From: Eledone cirrhosa
Lineage: Eukaryota
Direction of reading: 5' to 3'
DNA length: 64,000 nt
Assembly (NCBI GenBank): GCA_964016885.1
Contig: OZ024762.1
Location: forward strand, 25,668,001-25,732,000
The stretch's first letter is position 1. Each line of letters opens with the position of its first letter. The position numbers and the translations under genes were made by a program. The notes below the pieces were generated by a model. It worked only from the letters and a program-made list of their open reading frames with translations, searched no databases and had not been told where the DNA came from. Shown here one piece after another: positions 51,918 through 64,000 of the stretch.

Positions 51918-52638
51918 ACTCTCTCTCCCGCTATATATATTTATGTATCTCACACACTCTCTGTCTCTCTCTCCCTCTCTATATATATATATATATATAT
52001 CTCACACACATACACACTCTCTATATATATACACACACACACATAAACCCCACTCAATCTAGTTATCTCGCTGTTTGTATTTTCCTCGTTCCGTTTCTCT
52101 TTTCATACATATATACATGCATACATACACGCATGGATATGTATACACATGTGTGTGTGTGTGAGTATATATATGTATATATAATATGTTAGGCCCGTCA
52201 CGAGATCTACTGGACACCCTGCAGCATTAAAAACCAAACGAAGCCCGTCAAAAGCCAGAGAAACCTAAGAAGGTCAACGACCATCCAATATCACGGACAT
52301 GTTTATATATTGTGTAAATATATCTTTGTGTATATATACAAATATACATATATATATACACACACACACATACGTATATACACACATATACATATACACA
52401 TATACATATATACACACACACACACACACATTGTATAATATATATATATATGATAACAGGGAGAGAAAGACGATTATTATGAAGAAAAATATTTTGTTCT
52501 CCTTTTTATTTTTTCTCTCTTTTTTCTGGGTTAGAAAATGATTAAAACGAAATATTTTACTGTGTGTGTGGTGTTAAGGTATTAGTTGATTTATTTATTA
52601 ATTAACAATTGTATTTATTTATTTATTTATATATTTAA

Positions 52639-53263
52639 CTAGCAGTGGTACCCGGCATTTCACGGGATAAGGTATTTTGGAACGCGGGCCACCAACAGAC
52701 CTAATCGTGGAAAAACTGCATGCGTGGACAATATGTTAAGAAAATAAACCGAATACTCTGATGGCTGGATAATCTTTAAGAATTTCCTCGATGAAGCAGG
52801 AAAAATGCATGTTTTCACCTAGTGGATCAAGGAACTGAATTTTTTTAATGTGCATAATATGCCTTGAAATTTCGAGAAAATCGGCTTGACGTAACGCCTC
52901 AAAATAGTTCTAAAAACCTGAAAAAATGAAGTTTTTCACCTAAAAATGAGGTTTTCGCCATAAAAAGTTGGATTTATTTTGCTCACGTTATGAAGAAGAG
53001 ACTGACTCATACATAGTTACAATTTCAAGGAAATCAGTCTGACGTAACGACTAAAAAAAACCTAAAAACCTGAAAAAACGCAATTTTTCACCTAATGCCT
53101 AGGGGATCAAAAAGTTGAATTTCTTTTTGCTCAGAACACTCCCTGAAACATAAGTATTACATGTGTAAAGTTTGAAAACAGTCGTCGGTTGGGTGGTTCT
53201 CGAGTCTTAAGGATTCAAACTCACACACACACCGACAGACATCCTCAGTTTTATATATATAGA
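52639..53263 (-). mobile_element. Non-autonomous Helitron
   Basis: Minus 5' TCTATATATATAAAACTGAGG; 3' hairpin cccgtgaaatgccggg then ctgCTAG|T. Confidence 0.85.
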
Positions 53264-54251
53264 CTAGCAGTAAAGCCCGGCGTTGCTCGGGGTCGCTCAG
53301 TAGCTGTGTTAAAGTTACAATGTTAAGTTTCTTTCTTGGCTTAAAAACTGTAGTGTCTACTGTGCAGACTTGCATGTGGTGTTTTTGATTAATATTCCCT
53401 CAACCAACAATATGCCTTATGAAGTTAAGAAAACATAACGAAAACCCGAATGTTATAACAAAAGAGGATGCTGGGGATAGAAACTGCACTGGTTATTTAT
53501 TAACAAAGATCGAAAATGTAAACACTGCAACGCAGAGAAAAACATTAGCGTAACCAAATTATCAGTTATGTCTGTCTGCACGCCTATATCACCTCTCTGC
53601 ACAACTGTCTGTCTGCACGCCTATATCACCTCTCTGCACGACTGTCTGTCTGCACGCCTATATCACCTCTCTGCACGACTGTCTGTCTGCACGCCTATAT
53701 CACCTCTCTGCACGACTGTCTGTCTGCACGCGTATATCACCTCTCTGCACGACTGTCTGTCTGCACGACTGTCTGTCTGCACGCCTAACGACGAAATATT
53801 TGCTTGTTTTACGTAGTCTTTAAATAGACTTGTTTTCAAGTAAAAATATTGTTTTAAAATGCTTTTAAATGGAAATGAAGCAAAACGGAAGCTTAGTGTT
53901 CGAACTGATGAATTTTGCAGGTCAATATTTTGCTGGCTCGACAACTGTTCGTGTATTGTGTTAATGTCATTTTAAACGCTGAGAAAGCCAGCGTAATTTT
54001 TTACGTAAGACGCTCAGTGTAAACAGAACAAAGGTAAATAACTGATAACTTACGCTCAAAAATCGATACATTATATTCGATTTCGTCACATAGGGTGGGT
54101 CAATTTGAAATATTTTTTTTCCGATGTCTTCGCTAGAGCTCAATGTACAAGTATAGCAATTTCGGTGCAATTCTGTGAGAGATTCTAAGAGGAGATGTGT
54201 GCCAAAATCGATAGACAGACAGACAACCACAGTTTTATATATATAGATAGA
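53264..54251 (-). mobile_element. Non-autonomous Helitron with an internal 37-bp minisatellite (53566-53787)
   Basis: Minus 5' TCTATATATATAAAACTGTGG; 3' cccgagcaacgccggg...ctgCTAG joined directly to the TC of the next element. Confidence 0.85.
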
Positions 54252-54805
54252 CTAGCAGAAAACCACCCGGTGGGCGGTTTTCTGCTAGCAAATCTAGTGT
54301 ATATACTGATATTGTTGAGATTTGGATGAGAAATGTTTTCGGCACCACATGCTCACCGTCTCTCGGTGTGTCTTTTATGCATGTATAAATATATATGTTA
54401 TCTATACGGTGAAATCTTTGAAATAAATATATGTTAAAACGAAAAAGGAGAAAAAGAGATTAGTGACGGAAATATAAACGTTTGATATACATAAACGTTA
54501 TGATATGACGATGGAAATATATCTTCAAATGGTCCTTGGCATGGTGTCAAGTCAGAACCGCCTCGAACCGGTTACTTCTGGCTTGTGCAAGGTGTCTCTA
54601 TAGCAATCAGCTATTCCCTCGGCCTCAATAACCAAAGTCAGTGGAGAGGGGAAGGTAATGTTTCTATAGCGACAGTGTTTCTCTTGGTAGTACCAAAGTG
54701 GAGAAAGGAAGGGGAAGGTAATATTTCTGTAGCACCTACATTTGAGTTTTAGGGAAGGACAGACAGACAGACAGACAGACACACAGAGAAATGCCCATAT
54801 ATTTC

Positions 54806-54810
<5 letters not shown>
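54252..54810 (-). mobile_element. Third Helitron-like element; 5' boundary uncertain
   Basis: 3' hairpin and CTAG at 54252-54288; (GTCT)n near the presumed 5' end as in the two neighbours. Confidence 0.55.
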
Positions 54811-54874
<64 letters not shown>

Positions 54875-54900
54875 CACACACAGAAATGTATATATATTTC

Positions 54901-54935
<35 letters not shown>

Positions 54936-55082
54936 TACACACACAGAAATGTATATATATTTCTTAGAACAAAATTATTATTAATGTTTTGCGGTTCATA
55001 ACAATTGGAATTAAAAAATTACTTTTGAAATTATTAGTTATTTTACTACTGCTTAGATATGTAAAAATGATGCAATGTTTCT

Positions 55083-55276
55083 AATAATTGTTTCTACTTT
55101 TGGCACAAGGCCAGCTATTACCCAGTACATTACTGGTACTTTATTTTATCGACCCCGTAAGGATGAAAGGCAAAGTTAACCTCGGCGGTATTTGAACTCA
55201 GACCGTAAAGGGACGTAACTCCATTCTATGAAGCATGGTGTCCGACTCTCTACAGATTCTGCCAATCCACCACCCT
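55083..55276 (-). mobile_element. tRNA-derived SINE, near full length
   Basis: Head, B-box, core and tail present. Confidence 0.9.
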
Positions 55277-56051
55277 AATGTCTGTACGTAATGAGGGAGT
55301 GAGAGGGGAGAGAAAGAAAGGCAGAGGTGAAGTGACGAAGTGACTCTCTCCTCCTCCTCCATCTCCCCATTCATCACAGCGATAGAGGGGAGGAATGTTA
55401 GTGTGTTACAAAGAGAAAGAGTGAGAGTGAGAGAAACAGACAGACTAAAAGAGAGGGATAGCTGGAGAGAGAGAGAGATAGCAACCACGCGCGCATGTGT
55501 TTCCACTGTCGGACAGACAGACAGAGAAATTGCTGGTTATATATTATAAGGAGATAATTGTCTATTACCGGTTTCAGCATTTTTATGCATTATCAAATGA
55601 TAATAATATGTATTGGTGTAGAATGGCGGTGTTGGACATGTTAAAGAAATGGTGCAGAAAGAATAATGTTATTTACAAACAAGGTTTATGAAGTGAAAAG
55701 AAAAAAGAATAAAAGGGGCGCAATGTGGAGCATAAAAAATAATGTTATTTACAGGCATAGTTCTTGAAGTTAAGCAGATCAAAATGTGTTAATACAGCAA
55801 GGGTGCTTAGTTGATCGACGATGGAGGCAAATGGTGGACTGGGGTTTGATATGATTTCCCTTTTTAGAGAGGTAATATGCAGGGGGAGGTAATTCAGGGT
55901 GGGAGAGAAATGGTGGATGGTATTTAATTTATTTAAGAAAAAGGATTAGGTAGGGTGTATATATATATATATATATACACACATATATATATTTATTTTA
56001 TTAAGGCTAAATAGTGAGTCTTATTGCTCTGGAGTTTCACAAAGTCATCAG

Positions 56052-56093
<42 letters not shown>

Positions 56094-56411
56094 CACTGAA
56101 AGTTTTCATGAAATAGTCTTTTAAGACTATACAGAGCATTTGATGTTATTCCAAATTGAAGGATAAGTGTTTCAAACTTTATTTTATCATGAGTTAAAGG
56201 TCTATAGATTTTCCCTGGATTTTACTAAATTCTGTGGATGAATTTATATCCTGATTCTCTTTTGAGATGAGTTTGAGTTATTTTTCCTAAATCTTTCGTT
56301 AACTACTTTTCCCATCTTGACGTTATAGTCGCATATATGTTATAGAATGCCGTTAGCTTCTTGCTAAAACAATCTCTATACCTCTCATTTATATATATAT
56401 ATATATATATA

Positions 56412-56593
56412 TAATTGTTTCTACTTTTGGCACAAGGCCAGCAACTATCCCAGTGTATTACTGGTACTTTATTTCATCGACCCCGTAAGGATGAAAGGCA
56501 AAATTAACCTCTACGGGATTTGAACTCAGAACATAAAAGGAGGTAACAATTTGCTGCAAAGCATGGCGTCCAACACTCTACCGATACTGCTAA
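56412..56593 (-). mobile_element. tRNA-derived SINE
   Basis: Core and tail present. Confidence 0.9.
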
Positions 56594-57246
56594 TGGGTAA
56601 TATGCTTTAGCTTCCATATAGCAGGTTTGAGGCAATCACAAAACACTCAATAGAGCGATATTCTTGTACATTATCGTCAAGACTAAACATAAAAGTTTAA
56701 AGAAAAACGACCGAAGGCAGTGGCCATATATATACCACAACAACGATACATTCAGAAAGATTTATATCTATTACGCAGATTATTGCTTCTAGTCATGGAG
56801 AACCGTCATCAGAGAACCATTATCCAGGTTTTTCCCCAGAGTTTTTATTATCTTATGCAAGTTTATCGTATATTCGTATATACTAAATTCATACAGCGCC
56901 GACCTAGCTTATCCGATTTGCATTACAATGCGTGCACTGACAACGTTCTTTTATAAATTAATTGAACCTGCGCGACTCAGCACGTTTGTTAATTTCTCCT
57001 GTCCTGTCGTTGGAGAATGTTCACTGCTTAGTCAGGCCCTGTTGTTTAATTACCATACATTATATTCTTTCTCAATTCATTGTATTATCTCCCCACCAGG
57101 CGGCGCACGCACATATCGGTGATAGTTGAGAAAACGTATAATATAATCTATCTCGCTTCCTATTAGCAATATTGCATTGCCTCGTATAACACGCAGAGTA
57201 TGATATATTATACTACCAATCGTACGATATACACATATCAGATATG

Positions 57247-57289
<43 letters not shown>

Positions 57290-57434
57290 GTATTTATATA
57301 TATATGTGTGGGGGTGGGGGGGTTTGCGTGATATCAAACATGGTGTGTATATATATATATATATAGATAGATAGATAGATATACATATATATATGTGTGT
57401 ATGTATGTGTGATATCAAACATGTTATATGTATG

Positions 57435-57480
<46 letters not shown>

Positions 57481-57566
57481 TATATACACGCACACACATA
57501 TATATATATGTACATATATATATACACGCACACACATATATATATATGTACATATATATATACACG

Positions 57567-57616
<50 letters not shown>

Positions 57617-58325
57617 TATATACACACATATATATATATACATATATATATACACACATATATATATATATATACATATATATATACACACACATATATA
57701 TATACATATATATATACACACACATATATACATATATATATACACACACACATATATACATATATATATACACACAAACATATATATATACATATATATA
57801 CACACACACATATAACTATATACATATATATATACACACACACATATATATATATTTACATATATATATACACACACATATAAATATATATATACATATA
57901 TATATACACACACACATATATATTTACATATATATATACACACAAACATATATATTTACATATATATATACACACAAACATACATATATATATACACACA
58001 CATATACATATACATATACACACACATATACATATACACACACACACATATATATATACATATACACACACACACATATATATATATACATATACACACA
58101 CACACACATATATATATACATACACACACATATACACACACACACATATATATACATATACACACACACACACATATATATATATACATATACACACACA
58201 CACACACACATATACATATACACACACATATATATACATACACACACACACACACATATATACATATACACACACACACATATATATATATACATATACA
58301 CACACACACACATATATATACATAT

Positions 58326-58356
<31 letters not shown>

Positions 58357-58429
58357 GGGTGATATATAGATAGAGAGAGATATGTTACAACAATATATGG
58401 CTGAAAGGAGTGACCATGGCGACATCTAC

Positions 58430-58485
<56 letters not shown>

Positions 58486-58669
58486 ATATATATATACACA
58501 TGTAACAATATTATATATATGTATGTATGTATTCAGGGTAACATAATATATAATACTTGGTAATATTAACATTTTAATACAGAAATATCTGCCATTAAGA
58601 TAGATTGATACCAAGAAAGAAACGTGATACTATGAGAGCATGGAATATAAAACAACATCGCCATTTTGA

Positions 58670-60320
58670 TAAACTACACAAAAGATTTATATACACAACA
58701 CATAAAAAGGTTTATATACACATAGGTTTATATACACAAAGGTTTATATACACACAACTACACAACAACACAAAGGTTTTATATACACACAACTACACAA
58801 CACAGGTTTATATACACACAACTACACAAAGGTTTTATATACACACAACTACACAACAACACGGGTTTATATACACACAACTACACAACAACAACACATA
58901 TATAAACGTTTGTATATACACAATTATACAACACATATATAAAGGTGTGTATATACACAGTTACACAACACATATATATAAAGATTTGTATATAGACAAT
59001 TATATAACAACATAAAGGTCTATATACCCACTGCTACACAACCACACACACATGTTTATATACATACAGTTACACAATACATATATAACTGTTTATATAA
59101 CCACTGCTACAAATATATAAAAGCTTATATACATAAAGTTACACATATATATAGGTTTATTTATATACTGCTACACAGTCACATATATATAGGTGTATAT
59201 ACACAGAGCTACACATATATAAAGTTGTATATACATAGAGCTACTCATATACAAAGGTTTATATACATACACCTACACAACCACACATATATAACGGTGT
59301 ATATACACACAGCTACACATATAAAGGTGTATATACACACACAGCTACAAATATATAAAGTATTACATACAGACAGCTAGTCACATATATAAAGGCGTAT
59401 AAAGATACTGCTACACAATCACACATATATAAAGATGTATATATACACAGCTACAAATATGTAAAGTATTACATACAGCTAGTCATATATACAAAAGTTT
59501 ATATACATACAGCTACAAATATATAAAGTTTTATACATACAGCTACAAATATATACAAAAGTATATATATATATACAGCTACACAACCACACATACATAA
59601 AGATGTATATACATACAGCTACACATATATAAAGTTTTATACACATGCAGCTACAAATATATACAAAGGTTTATATACATACTGCTACACATATATAAAG
59701 ATGTATATACATACAGCTACACATATATAGAGTTTTATACACATACAGCTACAAATGTATACAAAGGTTTATATACATACTGCTACACAACCACACATAT
59801 ATAAAGATGTATATACATACAGCTACACAACCACACATATATAAAGATGTATATACATACAGCTACACATATATAAAGTTTTATACACATACAGCTACAA
59901 ATATATACAAAGGTTTATATACATACAGCTACGCAACCACACATATATAAAGATGTATATACATACAGCTACACAACCACACATATATAAAGATGTATAT
60001 ACATACAGCTACACATATATAAAGTTTTATACACATGCAGCTACAAATATATACAAAGGTTTATATACATACTGCTACACAACCACACATATATAAAGAT
60101 GTATATACATACAGCTACACAACCACACATATATAAAGATGTATATACATACAGCTACACATATATAAAGTTTTATACACATACAGCTACAAATATATAC
60201 AAAGGTTTATATACATACAGCTACGCAACCACACATATATAAACATGTATATACATATAGCTACACATATATAAAGTTTATACACATACAGCTACAAATA
60301 TATACAAAAGTTTATACAGC
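58670..60320. repeat. AT/AC-rich minisatellite with higher-order structure
   Basis: ~30-40 bp units (atacatacagctacac...atataaag) alternating gatgt/gtttt/ggttt variants. Confidence 0.85.
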
Positions 60321-61087
60321 CCTGCCATATTTTGACAAAATAATCCGGGTGTCTGAACAACAATAACAAACAAAAGGAAAAAATAATACAATATAAGGAA
60401 GAAATGAAGTACTATACACACACACGTTTATATATACATATGTTCATACATACACCCGTACATACGTATACACAGACACGCGTTCATACATACACACAGA
60501 CACACGCGTTCATACATACACACAGACGTACATATTTATATACATACATACACACATACGTACATATTTATATATATACATACACATACATATATATATA
60601 TATACATACACGTACATACCTACATACACATACTTACATAGACACACATACAGACACACGCGTCCATACATACATACAAACACACACACGTAAATATATA
60701 TATATACACACATACACACATACGTACATACACACATACGTACATACGTATAAACAGAAACACGTTCATACATAAACACACACGTACATATGTATATACA
60801 TACGTACACATACATACACACACGTTCATACATACACACATACGTCTGTACATGCATACATACACACACCTGTGCATATATACATACATACACATACATA
60901 CATACACACACACATACATACATACGTACATACATATACACAGACACACGTTCATACTTACACACACACGCGTACATATGTATATACATGATGGCTGCCC
61001 CCTCGTTATCGAGTATATACATACACACATACGTACATACCTATATACACGTACATACCTATATACAGATACACACATACATACGTT

Positions 61088-61118
<31 letters not shown>

Positions 61119-61210
61119 ACACATGCATCTACTCACATACATATATAAATGTTCACATTTACAGATACAAAACATATGCATGTGCACACATATAACTGAA
61201 CATACACCGC

Positions 61211-61241
<31 letters not shown>

Positions 61242-61702
61242 CTACCTAGTTGATGTTGTGTAAATTCCAATGAAAGAGTCTGATGTCTATGTTAGAGAAT
61301 GACTCTCTATTGGTAAACATTTATAAAATTATAAAACCAGAACATACATACATGGCTACCCCCTCGTTATCGAGTATGGCCATTGCACGAGATAACATTG
61401 TTAGTAATTATTAATTAATTAATTTATTAATTAATTAATTAATTAATTAATTAAGCGCAATTTTTTTTTAAAGTAAGGAAAGACTGTGTACTGAGCCAAT
61501 CCCACTCTCTGAGAGACAGTAGCTATAACCCGAAAAGAAGAAAAGATCATCGTCATCGGTAACTACTGAGCCACAGGTTTTATGTTGGAGTTATCCCAAT
61601 TTCCTGAGTTGCCTTCTCCTAGAAGAATGCCCTGTCAAAGGGCACTGATTTAACCGCGCGATCGGGTATCCAGCCCGACTATTTCTATTACATACATACA
61701 TA

Positions 61703-62058
61703 CATGGTGGCTGCCAACTCGTTTTCGAGTACGGCCACTACTTTATATCCATGTAGGAGAACCCCTACCGATGCGCTGAACGAGTGTGACTTTTTAGTCC
61801 AGCCAGCGACTTGAAAACTCTGGTACAAACACTACACCTGTGACAATTATTGACACATAGTGCTGGGCCCATGGTACCATGTCACGACAAGTGCAGAGAG
61901 ATCTCCAGATATAAAGCAATGTATGTGCTGTGAAGCTTTTATAGGGAGCAAAGGCACTGCGCAAAGCCAGTCCCACTCTCTTAACCAAGATGATATTTAC
62001 CAAAAAGAAAAACAAGTCAGCATCATTGGATACCAATCAGGGTTGCAGGTGTTATATT
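61703..62058 (-). mobile_element. Partial second copy of the 20223-20833 repeat
   Basis: High similarity to 20223-20575. Confidence 0.8.
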
Positions 62059-62391
62059 ATGCATGCATGCATGCATACATACATACATACATACATACAT
62101 ACATACATACATACATACATACATACATACATACATACATACATACATACATACATACATACATACATACATACATACATACATACATACATACATACAT
62201 ACGTACATACATAGTCTACAAATGGCTGCGATAGCTGGCACCTTCAAAATTTGCAAAACATTCTTGCGATTCAAAGGATGACAATTTCTTTACTTTTACA
62301 ACCTTGCCACCAGGAAGGGGGCCAGCCAAAAATATACTCGAAATTAAGAAAAAGAGAAACATACATACGTAGACACGTTGATACATACACA

Positions 62392-62580
62392 TACGAAGGT
62401 AGGCCGAAACGTTCATACGCTAACCATGAAGAAGTGATGTTAGAGCTGTGAAATATTTCATGCATTCTTATTAATAACTGCATCATTTCTTTCTAGGGAC
62501 TATGTAGAAAAATAAACTTCATTTGGTCATTCCATGAGACTCTCTTGGTCAGCCCCTGAACTTTTCAGCCGACCAACGTA
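62392..62580. mobile_element. Mariner-type MITE
   Basis: TA-CGAAGGTAGGCCGAAACGTTCATACGCTAACCA / TGGTCAGCCCCTGAACTTTTCAGCCGACCAACG-TA imperfect TIRs. Confidence 0.75.
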
Positions 62581-62591
62581 TATATGTCTAT

Positions 62592-62715
<124 letters not shown>

Positions 62716-63135
62716 GTGTGTCTGTATTAATAAAAACGTTTCATTTACATTTAGTTTCCGTGGCAATCCAAATTGAATCGACATGGGAACGGATGAAGTT
62801 CGTGCTTTTCGGTGTTTCATCCGTTCCCTTGTGAGTACCAATTCACCCCCACCGGTCTGCGCAAGCGCATGTCCGAACGAAGTTGATTCGATTTGGATTG
62901 CATCGGAAACAACCTTATTATGTAACAAGCTGTCTGATGATGTCACGACATTCGCACACAGAACAGTGTGGCCAGTGTCGTCATTGAAATATATATCACA
63001 GCATTATTATTAAAGGACTTGAACATCTGAAACTACTTCGCTTTTCCTTATTCTATATATATGTATATATATATATGTATGTATATATATATATATATAT
63101 GTATGTATATATGTATGTAAATATATATATATATG

Positions 63136-63182
<47 letters not shown>

Positions 63183-63185
63183 ATG

Positions 63186-63226
<41 letters not shown>

Positions 63227-63231
63227 GTATG

Positions 63232-63270
<39 letters not shown>

Positions 63271-63624
63271 GTATGTATATATATATATATATATGTATGT
63301 ATATATATATATATGTATGTATACATATATATATATGTATGTATATATATATATATATGTATGTATATATATATATATACATATATATGTATATACATAT
63401 ATATATGTATGTATATATATATGTATACATATATATGTATATACATATATATATGTATGTATATATATATGTATACATATATATGTATATACATATTGTA
63501 TATACATATATGTATGTATATATATATGTATGTATATATATATATATATATGTATATACATATATATATGTATGTATATATATATATATATATGTATGTA
63601 TATATATATATATATATATGTATG

Positions 63625-63710
<86 letters not shown>

Positions 63711-64000
63711 CATATATATATATGTATGTTTCTATATATATATATATGTATATATTGTTATATTTGGGGAGGGTCATATTTGCGTAATATTGCCAGAATT
63801 AATAACAGAACACACTCACTGTTTGGTTGGTTTTCGCTTCTCGCTGTCTTTTATATATATATATCTGCGATCTAACTTACTCGGTCCTCAATGTTGCCAT
63901 TGACTGACCGGCGGTCAAAAATAATACAGATACAATATAGACAAACACATATATATATAGTTTACATAATTTACATAAATCTTTCGTTGCACATCTGCAA

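Noticed and set aside
53900-53952. CGAA-CTGATGA...GACA...TTCG inside a Helitron
   Set aside because: Core is broken and stem II is poor; probably chance
56020-56058. Minus-strand CTGATGA-CTTTGT-GAAA-CTCCAGAG motif
   Set aside because: Stem II is collapsed and U16.1 is absent
62780-63010. Cys-rich minus-strand relic (CSVC...CFRC) and a 13-bp hairpin gggaacggatgaa/ttcatccgttccc
   Set aside because: Multiple stops and too short to assign; possibly a DNA-transposon remnant

Overview
Gene-poor, microsatellite-saturated eukaryotic DNA. The repeat content (tRNA-SINE with a CCTTACGGGGTCGATAAAATAAAGTACCAG core, abundant AT/GT/ATT repeats) suggests a cephalopod such as Octopus; that assignment is inference. 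I found no intact host gene, and almost all ORFs in the track are simple-repeat translations. Real coding signal is limited to transposon remnants: an internally deleted Tx1/L1-type LINE (2.4-5.5 kb) plus 3' fragments, an RTE-type LINE with a 5' inversion inserted in a Helitron helicase relic (13.1-14.2 kb), three Penelope-like GIY-YIG fragments, and a CRE-like endonuclease relic. Also present are about 20 SINEs, Tc1/mariner/pogo MITEs, a head-to-tail Helitron array and large minisatellites. The main signal is RNA structure: about a dozen minimal type-I hammerhead ribozyme motifs from at least seven unrelated families, nearly all in elements bounded by (AT)n. These include a non-coding ~430 bp unit inserted twice as ~1.4 circularly permuted monomers (candidate retrozyme/circular RNA), a family with a fixed non-canonical core (CAGAAGA, U4A), and several elements with copy-specific snap-back inverted duplications. 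All structures were folded by eye and coordinates may be off by a few bases.
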